Below are positions 31,967 through 41,596 of a stretch of DNA of 64,000 bases, one piece after another; positions within the stretch are counted from its first letter, which is position 1, and every line of letters begins with the position of its first letter. Under the pieces are notes generated by a model, which saw only the letters and a program-made list of their open reading frames with translations, was not told the origin of the DNA and made no database searches. Position numbers and translations under genes: made by a program. Source of the stretch: Flavobacterium sp. (GTDB taxonomy: Bacteria; Bacteroidota; Bacteroidia; Flavobacteriales; Flavobacteriaceae); NCBI GenBank assembly GCA_029866065.1, contig JARXAC010000026.1, positions 7,250 to 71,249 on the forward strand, in the 5' to 3' direction.

Positions 31967-32851
31967 ATGAGCCTACTTGAGGATTTAAAATTGCAATTTA
32001 AAATAGGAGATGTTCTTACAAAATTGATTTTTTGGAACATCGCTTTTTTTGCTATTCCAAGTGTTGTATTAGGAATTTTACCCTTATTTAAAGTCAATAT
32101 TGACTACTTAAATTATGTGAGTTTGTCAACAAATCCCAATGATTTACTACTAAAGCCATGGTCTATATTTTCTTATGCATTTTGTCATTCTTCTATTTTA
32201 CATATACTGTTTAATTTAATTATGTTGAATTTTGCTGGTAGATTATTTCTGATTTTCTTTAATCCAAAGCAATTATTGAGTTTGTATTTTGTAGGTTCTC
32301 TCTTTGCGGGTTTTGTATTTTTACTTAGTTATATGTTTTTTCCTGCTTTGGCAAATATAAATACTGCTTTGGTTGGCGCTTCCGCCTCAGTAATGGCAAT
32401 TTTATTTGCAACAGTAACGTATTCTCCTTTAATGAATATAAAATTACTACTTTTTGGAAATGTAAAATTGTGGCACATTGCTTTGGTTCTGATAGTTATA
32501 GATTTGTTTCAATTACCAAGGGAAAATACTGGTGGACATTTGGCACACATAGGCGGAGCTTTTTTTGGTTATATTTACATTCGGTTATTAAAAAATGGTA
32601 CCGATATTTGTAATTGGTTTACTTTAATAATAGATGCTTTTTCATCTATATTTGGAAGCAGAAAATCAAAACCATTTAAAAAAGTACATAGAACCTATAA
32701 AGCTCCGGCTGAAAAAAGAGCTTCTAAAATTGTTACAAAAGACAAAGTTCAGCAACAAATCGATGAAATATTAGATAAAATCAGTCAATCTGGTTATGAT
32801 AGTTTGTCATCAGAAGAAAAAGAATTTCTGTTTAAAGCAGGTAAACAATAG
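31967..32851 (+). CDS. Rhomboid family protease with C-terminal DUF6576-like tail
   Basis: HILFNL, GASAS, GHLAHIGG and IDEILDKISQSGYDSL. Confidence 0.9.
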   Translation: MSLLEDLKLQFKIGDVLTKLIFWNIAFFAIPSVVLGILPLFKVNIDYLNYVSLSTNPNDLLLKPWSIFSYAFCHSSILHILFNLIMLNFAGRLFLIFFNPKQLLSLYFVGSLFAGFVFLLSYMFFPALANINTALVGASASVMAILFATVTYSPLMNIKLLLFGNVKLWHIALVLIVIDLFQLPRENTGGHLAHIGGAFFGYIYIRLLKNGTDICNWFTLIIDAFSSIFGSRKSKPFKKVHRTYKAPAEKRASKIVTKDKVQQQIDEILDKISQSGYDSLSSEEKEFLFKAGKQ

Positions 32852-32862
32852 GATTTATTTTA

Positions 32863-33909
32863 ATGAAGAAGCTTTCTTGGATAAATAAAATAATGTTTGT
32901 TATTAATATAGTTTTGGCTGTATTGACCTTCGTTGCCTATGTTTTACCCTTCCTAGCACCGAAGTTATTTCCAATTTTATCTGCGCTAACATTAATATTA
33001 CCATTATTTTTAATTCTAAATGGACTGTTCTTTATTTATTGGGGCATCCAAGTTAAAAGACAAATTCTTTTGCCTTCAATTGTATTATTATTAGGAATAA
33101 CCTTTATTAATAAATTTTACAAATTTGCTTCAACCGACTTACCTAAATCAGATAAAGATTTTGTGGTGATGAGTTATAACGTTCGTTTGTTTAATCTATT
33201 CAAATGGTTGAACGACGACAATGTTCCTTCAGAAATCCGTAATTTTATTAACGAACAAAATCCGGACATACTTTGTATTCAAGAGTTCTCAAATGCAGCT
33301 AAATTGGATTTAAAAATATATCCTTATCAATATGTTTTTGTTCATGGTAAAAAGATCAAAACTGGTCAAGCTATATTTTCTAAATATCCAATTATTGATC
33401 AGGGAAATTTAGTTTTTCCAAACTCCAACAACAATGCTATTTTTGCTGATATTAAGAAAGGAAAAGACATTATCAGGGTTTATAATATGCATTTACAATC
33501 GATTAAAATTTCCCCCGATGTAAATGAGATTTCGGATAATATCGATGGAATAAACCAAGATAAATCCCAAATGTTGATAATCAGAATTAGTAAAGCATTC
33601 AAAAAACAACAGCAACAAGCTGAAATATTGATGAACCATAAAAAGAACTGTGAGTACCCAATTATATTATGTGGCGACATGAATAATAGTGCTTATTCCT
33701 ACGTTTATAGAAGTATTAAAGGTTCGTTAAATGATTGTTTTGAAGAAGCAGGTTCAGGCTTTGGTCAAACGTATAATTTCAAATATTATCCAGCACGTAT
33801 TGATTATATTTTTGCCGATAAGGTTATGAAAGTTAAAAATTTCAAGAGTTTCCCAGAATTTATAAATTCCGATCACAGCCCCGTTTTAACTAGATTGGAA
33901 ATGGATTAA
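32863..33909 (+). CDS. Endonuclease/exonuclease/phosphatase (EEP) family membrane protein
   Basis: Three N-terminal TM helices; SYNV, LCIQE, GDMN, IDYIF and SDH motifs. Confidence 0.9.
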   Translation: MKKLSWINKIMFVINIVLAVLTFVAYVLPFLAPKLFPILSALTLILPLFLILNGLFFIYWGIQVKRQILLPSIVLLLGITFINKFYKFASTDLPKSDKDFVVMSYNVRLFNLFKWLNDDNVPSEIRNFINEQNPDILCIQEFSNAAKLDLKIYPYQYVFVHGKKIKTGQAIFSKYPIIDQGNLVFPNSNNNAIFADIKKGKDIIRVYNMHLQSIKISPDVNEISDNIDGINQDKSQMLIIRISKAFKKQQQQAEILMNHKKNCEYPIILCGDMNNSAYSYVYRSIKGSLNDCFEEAGSGFGQTYNFKYYPARIDYIFADKVMKVKNFKSFPEFINSDHSPVLTRLEMD

Positions 33910-34521
33910 TTATTGGCTTTGTTCTTTTAAATAATCCAATGCAAAACGTCCTTCGTTAAAAAGTAAATCCAAAACACTTAAATTATTTATAAAGCCATGT
34001 TTTTCCCCAAAAACTTGGGTATAGGGTTTAAAATTGGAAACGTCTTTTTTTCCATTAACTAGATATCGAAAATCCAAACTATCAGTTACTTCATGAAAAT
34101 ACTCTGTTGATTTCTGATATTCTAATTTAATATTCAAGCATTTCGAAACAATTTCAATCGTTTCAAAATTTAAATCCATTAAAAAGGTGTGTTTTTTTGT
34201 AAATATAGGAAGTAAAGCATCTTCGAAATATTCAAAAAAAGGGGAAGTTCTATAGGCAGCTTCAAGAGATTTAAAATGTTGTTTTTGCCAATCGAATGCC
34301 GTTTCTAGTTTAACCTCTTTAGTTTTTTGATGTTTTTCCCTGCTATGTTTAATGGGTATATTTAGCATCTGTATTCCATTCGGACTATAAATGTAGGTAC
34401 GATTTCTATTCGTTTGCTTCTGAAAATTATCTTCTACTTCAAAAACCACAGCATCAGCTTTGGTAATAGCCGAAAAATTGCTAATTGAAGGGAAATAGGT
34501 AGGGAGAAGTAAAGAGGACAT
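33910..34521 (-). CDS. WbqC family protein
   Basis: PTYFP, DNFQKQTNRNR, YRTSPFFEY and LSVLDLLFNEG. Confidence 0.88.
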   Translation of the reverse strand: MSSLLLPTYFPSISNFSAITKADAVVFEVEDNFQKQTNRNRTYIYSPNGIQMLNIPIKHSREKHQKTKEVKLETAFDWQKQHFKSLEAAYRTSPFFEYFEDALLPIFTKKHTFLMDLNFETIEIVSKCLNIKLEYQKSTEYFHEVTDSLDFRYLVNGKKDVSNFKPYTQVFGEKHGFINNLSVLDLLFNEGRFALDYLKEQSQ

Positions 34522-34526
34522 TTGGT

Positions 34527-36101
34527 TTAGTTCTTATTTTCTTTTCTTTTTCTAACAAAATAGCTAATTCCGAAATAAGCGATTAAAGCAAATAAGAAAA
34601 ATTTGAAATACGATTGCGGTTGTCCGTCTCCACTAACTGTAGTGAACATTCTATCCCAACGAATTTTGTTTAATCCTTTACCATTTGGATCCAAACTCAT
34701 CCAAATAAAAACTGGTTTTCCAACAATGTGATCTTCAGGAGTATAGCCAAAATATCTTGCGTCAAGTGAATTATGGCGATTGTCTCCCATCATCCAATAA
34801 TAATTTTGTTTGAAGGTATAGGAAGTGGCAATTTTACCATTAATTCTAATTTCACTTCCGTTTACTTTCAACTCATTATTTTCATATTCGCCGATAATCT
34901 TTTTGTAAAAAGGCAAACTTTCAGTATTTAAAGCTACGGTTACTCCTTTTTTAGGGATGTAAACTGGTCCAAAATTATCTAAATTCCATTGAGTATTGTA
35001 GGGAAAAATTTTAGGTTCTGGTTGGTGAGAAATATTTCGCACTACGCTTTTCACAATTGGATTTAATCGCAATCTATTCGCAGCTTCGTCTGTTAGTGCA
35101 TAAAAAATATAATAATTAGGATTATTTTCTACAGGTTGATTCCACCCATCAGTAATATTTAAATCTTTAATTAAATAAGTACGATCAAAATTAGAACCAT
35201 CGGTAATCACCGTATAGGAATATTGAGGTTTTGATCTTTCAGGCATTGGAAGAATTTTACCATTTACATATACAATACCGTCTTTTATTGACAAACTATC
35301 GCCAGGAATACCAACGCAACGTTTCACATAATTGGTTTTTTTATCAATAGGTTTATCGTATCGTTTATCGGCAGCCTTGTACATATTATATAATGTATCA
35401 GCAGGCCAGTTGAATACAACAATGTCGGTTCTATTTACTTCTTGCATTGCAAAAAATCGGAAATAAGGTAATTGGGGAAAACTTGAATAGGACTTTACTT
35501 GTTTAATCTTAAAAGATTTTAAATCGAAAATTGGCATAGTATCATGAACCATCGGCGCAGCTATTGGCGTCATAGGTGTTCTTGCACCATAATGGAATTT
35601 ACTCACAAATAAAAAGTCACCTACTAAAAGTGATTTTTCTAATGAAGATGTTGGAATGGTATAAGGTTGCATCACATAGGTATGTACCAAAGTAGCTACA
35701 ACAATCGCATAAAGTAAGGATCCGATGGTGTCTGCTGTTTTATTAGAAGGTTCAAGACTTCTATTTTCAATATAAACTAATTTTTGAGTGTAGTTTAAAT
35801 AATATATATAAAATCCAAAGGTAAAAATCCCTAAAATAGTATCTAAAGTCGAGTTTTTTCCAAAACTTCTTAAAGTTTCAACCCATACCACAGGAAACAT
35901 AATTAGATTAATTACAGGAACAAATAATAGAATGGTCCACCAAGGTGAACGATTAATTATTTTCATCAATACCACAGCATTATATACTGGAACTGCAGCT
36001 TCCCATTTTTTTCTTCCTGCTGCTTCATATAATTTCCAAGTTCCTAAAAAGTGAACTACTTGAACAATTAAGAACAATACAAACCATTGAATTAGTGTCA
36101 T
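34527..36101 (-). CDS. lepB: Signal peptidase I (Bacteroidota long form)
   Basis: IPTSSLE, GDFLFVSK, YVKRCVG and MMGDNRHNSLDAR. Confidence 0.95.
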   Translation of the reverse strand: MTLIQWFVLFLIVQVVHFLGTWKLYEAAGRKKWEAAVPVYNAVVLMKIINRSPWWTILLFVPVINLIMFPVVWVETLRSFGKNSTLDTILGIFTFGFYIYYLNYTQKLVYIENRSLEPSNKTADTIGSLLYAIVVATLVHTYVMQPYTIPTSSLEKSLLVGDFLFVSKFHYGARTPMTPIAAPMVHDTMPIFDLKSFKIKQVKSYSSFPQLPYFRFFAMQEVNRTDIVVFNWPADTLYNMYKAADKRYDKPIDKKTNYVKRCVGIPGDSLSIKDGIVYVNGKILPMPERSKPQYSYTVITDGSNFDRTYLIKDLNITDGWNQPVENNPNYYIFYALTDEAANRLRLNPIVKSVVRNISHQPEPKIFPYNTQWNLDNFGPVYIPKKGVTVALNTESLPFYKKIIGEYENNELKVNGSEIRINGKIATSYTFKQNYYWMMGDNRHNSLDARYFGYTPEDHIVGKPVFIWMSLDPNGKGLNKIRWDRMFTTVSGDGQPQSYFKFFLFALIAYFGISYFVRKRKENKN

Positions 36102-36108
36102 ATATATA

Positions 36109-36130
36109 TTAGATTTTAGATTTTAGATTT
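36109..36130 (+). repeat. Heptamer tandem (TTAGATT)x3
   Basis: Read directly; the same unit appears at 28691-28735. Confidence 0.65.
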
Positions 36131-36200
36131 CAATTGAAACACAAAAATCATATTATTTTTCTATTAATTGGTTTTTCTTATTATTTATTTAACGAAATAC

Positions 36201-36902
36201 TCAAATTATATTAAGTACATCTTTCATTGTATAAACCCCTTTTTTACCAACAATCCATTCGGCAGCGATTACCGCACCAAGAGCAAAACCTTCTCTGTTG
36301 TGTGCCAAATGTTTGATTTCAATTATATCAATATCTGAATTATAAGTCACAGTATGTGTTCCAGGAACATTTTCTATTCTTTTTGCTTCAATCAAAATGT
36401 CATCTGATTTCGGATTTTCTAAAGTCCAATTCGTATAATTGCTATTTTCAATTATGCCTTTAGCTAATGAAATCGCTGTTCCGCTTGGCGCATCTAATTT
36501 TTGAGTATGGTGAATTTCTTCAATACCAACTTTGTAATCTTCAAATTTTGACATGATTTTTGCCAAATAACTATTCAATTCAAAGAAAATATTTACCCCT
36601 AAACTAAAATTGGAACTACTAATAAAGGCGCTATTTTTTTCATTGCAAAGCTGAACCATTTTGTCATAATCGTGTATCCAACCCGTAGTGCCAGAAATCA
36701 CTGGAATACCAATATTTAAGGCAGTAGAAATATTCTCAACAGCTGCATCGGGAGCACTAAAATCAATTGCTACAGTTGCGTTTTCCAATCCATCAAAGGA
36801 ATCTCCGATAGCTTTTCTTACTACAATTTCATGTCCTCTTTGCAACGCTATTTTCTCAATAACTTGCCCCATTTTTCCGTAACCTAAAAGTGCAATTTTC
36901 AT
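36201..36902 (-). CDS. dapB: 4-hydroxy-tetrahydrodipicolinate reductase
   Basis: GYGKMG, IDFS, GTTGW and EIHHTQKLDAPSGTA. Confidence 0.96.
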   Translation of the reverse strand: MKIALLGYGKMGQVIEKIALQRGHEIVVRKAIGDSFDGLENATVAIDFSAPDAAVENISTALNIGIPVISGTTGWIHDYDKMVQLCNEKNSAFISSSNFSLGVNIFFELNSYLAKIMSKFEDYKVGIEEIHHTQKLDAPSGTAISLAKGIIENSNYTNWTLENPKSDDILIEAKRIENVPGTHTVTYNSDIDIIEIKHLAHNREGFALGAVIAAEWIVGKKGVYTMKDVLNII

Positions 36903-37462
36903 TAAAAATGGAAGTTTAAAGTCAAACCTAAATTTTGTTGGTAAGTAATTTCATCGCTGTAGATTTCAGGACGAAACGATAATTTATCATTTACATTAAA
37001 TTGCATCAAATGCGCATCTATATTAGCATCTAAAATGTTTAAAACATAAAAAGAAACCGCTACCAAAAGAGATAAATCTCTGTTTCGTTGGTAAAACTGT
37101 TGCGCTGTAATTAAACGAGAATCATCTAAATATTGATAATTGTCATCGCGGTATCCCGCCAAACGTCTTTTGTAGGCATCTCTATAACTGTTGAACTTGT
37201 TACTGTTAATGTTATAGTAATACAATCCAGCTCCAATTCCTGCATAAACCAAAGGGATTTTCCAATATTTTTTATTGTATGCCTGACCTAAACCTGGAAG
37301 AACTGCAGAATAAAATGCTGCTTTTGCCGGAGCTAAAGGATTAATTTCTTTATATTTCAATGTATCTTTGGCTACCATTATAGCAACCTTATTTTCTTGA
37401 GAAAAATTGGTGAATGTCCCCAATAAGAATCCCAAAATAAATATGAAATATATTTTTTGCAC
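36902..37462 (-). CDS. DUF5683 family protein
   Basis: PAKAAFYSAVLPGLGQAYNKKYWK and NILDANIDAHL; GTG start; usual position between parB and dapB. Confidence 0.85.
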   Translation of the reverse strand: MQKIYFIFILGFLLGTFTNFSQENKVAIMVAKDTLKYKEINPLAPAKAAFYSAVLPGLGQAYNKKYWKIPLVYAGIGAGLYYYNINSNKFNSYRDAYKRRLAGYRDDNYQYLDDSRLITAQQFYQRNRDLSLLVAVSFYVLNILDANIDAHLMQFNVNDKLSFRPEIYSDEITYQQNLGLTLNFHF

Positions 37463-38361
37463 TATCCTTTGATTAGTTTGATAATTCTGTTGAAATCTTC
37501 CTCAGAATGAAACGGAATTGAGATTTTTCCTTTTCCATTTCCAGCAACTTTTACATCTACTTTTGCGCCAAAATAATCGGTAATCACTTTATTTGCTTCA
37601 GCAGAAATAACAAAATTCGAAGTTTTAGGATTTGATTTTGATTTAGGTTTCAAACTATCTTGATAGTTTTTTACCAAAGCTTCCGTTTCTCTAACCGATA
37701 AATTTTGACTGACAATTTTTTGGTAAATGCTAGTTTGAATGTCTTGATTTTCAATATTAATTATCGCACGACCGTGACCCATGGAGATAAAACCATCGCG
37801 AATTCCTGTTTGAATAATTGGATCTAGTTTCAGTAAACGAAGGTAATTTGCAATAGTAGAACGCTTTTTTCCTACACGCTCGCTCATTTGCTCTTGTGTC
37901 AATTGAATTTCGTCAATCAATCTTTGGTAAGACAACGCAATTTCAATAGGATCTAAATCGTGTCTTTGAATGTTTTCCACCAAAGCCATTGTCAACGATT
38001 CATTATCATTGGCAATTCGAATATAGGCTGGAACCACATTTAATCCGGCCAATTTTGAAGCGCGTAATCTGCGCTCTCCCGATATTAATTGGTATTTGTT
38101 AAAGTCGGTTTTACGAACAGTAATTGGCTGAATCACACCCAATTCTTTGATTGAAGTCGCCAATTCTTGAAGCGATTCCTCATTAAAATTGCTTCTAGGC
38201 TGAAACGGATTTATCTCAATAGCGTCAATTTCTAGCTCGACAATATTGCCAACAACTTTATCTGCATTTTTATCATTAACCGACTTAATATCATTATCAG
38301 GATCTTTTAATAATGCCGACAATCCTCTTCCTAATGCTTGTTTTTTTATTGCTTGTGCCAT
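37462..38361 (-). CDS. parB: ParB/Spo0J partition protein
   Basis: LGRGL, NPFQPR, GERRLRA, LVENIQR and HTH SRxxIANxLRLL-like segment. Confidence 0.96.
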   Translation of the reverse strand: MAQAIKKQALGRGLSALLKDPDNDIKSVNDKNADKVVGNIVELEIDAIEINPFQPRSNFNEESLQELATSIKELGVIQPITVRKTDFNKYQLISGERRLRASKLAGLNVVPAYIRIANDNESLTMALVENIQRHDLDPIEIALSYQRLIDEIQLTQEQMSERVGKKRSTIANYLRLLKLDPIIQTGIRDGFISMGHGRAIINIENQDIQTSIYQKIVSQNLSVRETEALVKNYQDSLKPKSKSNPKTSNFVISAEANKVITDYFGAKVDVKVAGNGKGKISIPFHSEEDFNRIIKLIKG

Positions 38362-38364
38362 AAA

Positions 38365-39132
38365 TTAATTACTATTTTTCTTAATAATTTCTTCTGCTAA
38401 TTGCAAATAATTATTCGCCCCTTTACTCGTTGCGTCATAATTTATAATACTTTCTCCATAACTCGGAGCCTCACTCAATTTTACATTTCTTTGAATTATA
38501 GTTTCAAAAACCATATCGTGAAAATGCTTTTGAACTTCCTCAACCACCTGATTTGATAATCGCAAACGAGAATCAAACATTGTTAAAAGCAACCCTTCAA
38601 TATCTAGACTCGAATTGTGAATTTTTTGAACACTTTTTATCGTATTTAATAATTTCCCTAATCCTTCTAAGGCAAAATACTCACACTGAATCGGGATAAT
38701 AACCGAATCAGCTGCGGTCAATGCATTCAGAGTCAAAAGTCCCAACGATGGCGCGCAATCAATCAAAATATAATCGTATTTATCCTTGATGCTTTTCAAA
38801 GCTACTTTCAACATATATTCTCTATTTTCCTTGTCAACCAACTCAATTTCAATGGCTACAAGGTCAATATGTGCGGGAATCACATCAACATTTGGCGCAG
38901 TACTTGTTACAATTGCCTCCTCCGCTTTATTGCTGTGTTCCAAAATTTGATAGGTTCCAATAGTCACATTTTCAACGTCAATTCCTAAACCTGAACTTGA
39001 ATTCGCCTGAGGATCAGCGTCGATCAATAACACTTTTTTTTCTAAAACACCTAGTGAAGCAGCTAAATTAATTGAAGTTGTCGTTTTTCCAACACCCCCT
39101 TTTTGATTGGCAATAGCAATGATTTTACCCAT
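38365..39132 (-). CDS. parA: ParA/Soj ATPase
   Basis: NQKGGVGKTTT, DADPQAN, DCAPSL and EAPSYG. Confidence 0.96.
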   Translation of the reverse strand: MGKIIAIANQKGGVGKTTTSINLAASLGVLEKKVLLIDADPQANSSSGLGIDVENVTIGTYQILEHSNKAEEAIVTSTAPNVDVIPAHIDLVAIEIELVDKENREYMLKVALKSIKDKYDYILIDCAPSLGLLTLNALTAADSVIIPIQCEYFALEGLGKLLNTIKSVQKIHNSSLDIEGLLLTMFDSRLRLSNQVVEEVQKHFHDMVFETIIQRNVKLSEAPSYGESIINYDATSKGANNYLQLAEEIIKKNSN

Positions 39133-39235
39133 TTATAATTTTAAATTTTGAAACGTAAAAATACAATTTATTATGGTTATTAGAAATCTAATTTGTTAAC
39201 AATTGTTAACTATTTTACTTTTTAACTATTTTTTT

Positions 39236-39306
39236 GGAGCTGTTTCCCGCTGTCATTCCAAATCCTCACTAAAAAGTTCGGGATTTTCCCTTCCATCGGG
39301 GCTAGG
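39236..39306. repeat. About 70-nt GC-richer structured intergenic element (REP/MITE-like)
   Basis: GGAGCTGTTTCCCGCTG...CCATCGGGGCTAGG, self-complementary ends in an otherwise very AT-rich spacer. One copy in the window. Confidence 0.5.
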
Positions 39307-39388
39307 ATTCCTCATTTAACTCACTTTTTAGTTTAAAAATACTATTTATTTTTAATATATTTTTTACATTTACAATTCAAATTATTTT

Positions 39389-40792
39389 ATGAATATCACT
39401 CCAGAAATACTATCGCAATTCAACGAAATTATAGGTGATTCTTATGTTTTTACCGATCAAGAAACTCGTAATCATTATGGAAAAGATGAAACCGAAGCTT
39501 TTGTTTTTCCTCCTTCAGTAGTTTTAAAACCAGGAACGCCTCAAGAAATTTCTGAAATTTTAAAAATTGCAAATCTTCATGGAATTCCTGTCACCGCAAT
39601 TGGCGCAAGAACGGGTTTAAGCGGAGGTGCTTTATCAATTTATCAGGGAATCGGATTGTCGATGGAGCGTTTTAATAAAATAATCAATATTGATGAAAAA
39701 AATCTTCAAGTGGTGGTTGAACCTGCCGTAATTACGCAAGTTTTACGAGAAGCAGTAGCCGAAAAAGACCTGTTTTATCCACCAGATCCAAGCAGTTTAG
39801 GAAGTTGTTGGATAGGAGGGAACGTCGCTGAAAATGCGGGTGGAGCACGTGCGGTAAAATATGGTGTGACCAAAGATTATGTTTTAAATTTAGAAGTGGT
39901 ACTTGCTAATGGCGATATAATTTGGACTGGCGCCAATACGCTGAAAAATTCTACAGGATACAATCTCACGCAACTAATGGTGGGAAGCGAGGGAACGCTT
40001 GGGATTATTACCAAGATTGTAATGAAATTAATTCCGAAAGTAAATCACACCGTTTTAATGTTGGTTCCTTTTTATGAGGCAAACCAAGCGTGCGAAGCAG
40101 TTTCAGCCATTTTCAGAGCTGGAATCACACCAAGCGCATTAGAATTTATGGAACGCGATGCCATTGATTGGACTTTGAAATTTGTTTCGGATTTAAACGT
40201 GCAAGTTAAAGATGAAGTTCAAGCACATTTACTAATTGAAGTCGATGGCAATTATCCTGATATTCTTTTTCAGGAAGCCGAAAAAATCATGGAAGTAGTG
40301 GAGCATTTCAATATAGACGAAGTACTTTTTGCAGATACCGAAATACAAAAAAACCTACTTTGGAAAATGCGTCGAAGCGTTGCCGAAGCGGTAAAATCAA
40401 ATTCTATTTACAAAGAAGAAGATACCGTTGTTCCAAGATATGAACTACCAAAATTACTTTTTGGAATCAAGAAAATCGGAGCTAAATACGGATTTAAATC
40501 GGTTTGTTACGGTCACGCTGGTGATGGTAATTTACATGTGAATATCATAAAAGGCGACATGACCGATGAAAATTGGAATACTGAAGTCACCAAAGGGATT
40601 CGTGAAATTTTTGAATTGACAGTTTCTCTAAAAGGAACTTTATCTGGCGAGCACGGAATCGGTTTCGTTCAAAAAAACTATATGGATATCGCTTTTAGTG
40701 AATCACACTTAAAATTAATGAAAGGCATTAAATCTATTTTTGATCCTAACGGCATTTTGAATCCTGGAAAAATATTTCCGGATAATTTATAG
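39389..40792 (+). CDS. FAD-linked oxidase (GlcD / D-2-hydroxyacid dehydrogenase family)
   Basis: GARTGLSGG, PPDPSS, IGGNVAENAGG, HAGDGNLH, SGEHGIG and LNPGK. Confidence 0.92.
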   Translation: MNITPEILSQFNEIIGDSYVFTDQETRNHYGKDETEAFVFPPSVVLKPGTPQEISEILKIANLHGIPVTAIGARTGLSGGALSIYQGIGLSMERFNKIINIDEKNLQVVVEPAVITQVLREAVAEKDLFYPPDPSSLGSCWIGGNVAENAGGARAVKYGVTKDYVLNLEVVLANGDIIWTGANTLKNSTGYNLTQLMVGSEGTLGIITKIVMKLIPKVNHTVLMLVPFYEANQACEAVSAIFRAGITPSALEFMERDAIDWTLKFVSDLNVQVKDEVQAHLLIEVDGNYPDILFQEAEKIMEVVEHFNIDEVLFADTEIQKNLLWKMRRSVAEAVKSNSIYKEEDTVVPRYELPKLLFGIKKIGAKYGFKSVCYGHAGDGNLHVNIIKGDMTDENWNTEVTKGIREIFELTVSLKGTLSGEHGIGFVQKNYMDIAFSESHLKLMKGIKSIFDPNGILNPGKIFPDNL

Positions 40793-40795
40793 TTT

Positions 40796-40885
40796 TTTTT
40801 ACCACAAAAGAAACAAAGATTTCGAAAGGTACAAAGGTATTTAACCGCAAAGAGCGCAAAGGTTTACGCAAGGTTCGCAAAGAAA
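40796..40885 (+). repeat. 90-bp composite CAAAG repeat, copy 1
   Basis: Direct repeat with 41003-41092 (offset 207 bp, 2 mismatches). Confidence 0.95.
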
Positions 40886-41002
40886 AATCAACTATCATCT
40901 TTTTGTCTATCATCTTTTCGTCTATTCTCTTTTTTTTCTGAATCAACTTCAAATTAATTTGCGAATTTGCGGTATAATTTATCTGTGAATCAGTGGCAAT
41001 TA

Positions 41003-41092
41003 TTTTTACCACAAAAGAATCAAAGATTTCGAAAGGTACAAAGGTATTTAACCGCAAAGAGCGCAAAGGTTTACGCTAGGTTCGCAAAGAAA
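41003..41092 (+). repeat. 90-bp composite CAAAG repeat, copy 2
   Basis: See copy 1; both copies are followed by related TCTAT..TCTTT tails. Confidence 0.95.
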
Positions 41093-41147
41093 ATAGCTAT
41101 TATCTCTTCGTCTATTCTCTTTTTAAGTCAATCTTTAAAAACGGTGT

Positions 41148-41540
41148 TTATTTTTTAGACAAATACTCCAACAAAATCGGATCTGCATTTTTGAAAGTTG
41201 GTGCTTGCTCTGTAATAGTTGCGACTCTTTTTTTGTTCAATTTCATCGTTACATCCGCTTCGGTAGTAAAAAGCAAAGCCGACATAAAAGGATTGTTAAT
41301 GTATTGAATTAGTTCGTTCAACCCTTCTTCAATCGTTAAAATCGTTACTTCTTCCTCCGTTTGAAATTTGAAAGTTAAAGCCAGTTTTAACTGAATTTCA
41401 TCCACATTTGTTCGAATATAAATATTCATTAACTGTGTGTTTCCAATCGTTTTTGCCATAGTAAGTTTGGCAAAAGTTCCGTCAGAAATGCTTTCCTTAA
41501 CACGGTTAAAAAACAAAGAATAAATTAAAGTATTGGGCAT
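41148..41540 (-). CDS. Hypothetical protein (130 aa)
   Basis: Clean ORF with an AT-rich start context and no recognised catalytic motif. Confidence 0.75.
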   Translation of the reverse strand: MPNTLIYSLFFNRVKESISDGTFAKLTMAKTIGNTQLMNIYIRTNVDEIQLKLALTFKFQTEEEVTILTIEEGLNELIQYINNPFMSALLFTTEADVTMKLNKKRVATITEQAPTFKNADPILLEYLSKK

Positions 41541-41552
41541 AATAGTTTATTT

Positions 41553-41593
41553 AAAAAGTAACCCTTTCAGATTTCAAAATCGAAAGGGTTATT
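41553..41593 (-). terminator. Terminator after the 36-aa sORF
   Basis: TAACCCTTTC...GAAAGGGTTAC-TTTTT on the minus strand. Confidence 0.75.
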
Positions 41594-41596
41594 AAT

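Noticed and set aside
37462-39388. oriC or parS near parAB
   Set aside because: No consensus parS, no DnaA-box cluster and no dnaA/gidA gene seen in the window.
40796-41092. Direct repeats as a CRISPR array
   Set aside because: Only two 90-bp copies, no 23-47-bp repeat with unique spacers, and no cas genes.
40746-41158. ORFs 40746-41066 (-) and 40967-41158 (+)
   Set aside because: They are translations of the duplicated 90-bp repeat and overlap real gene ends.
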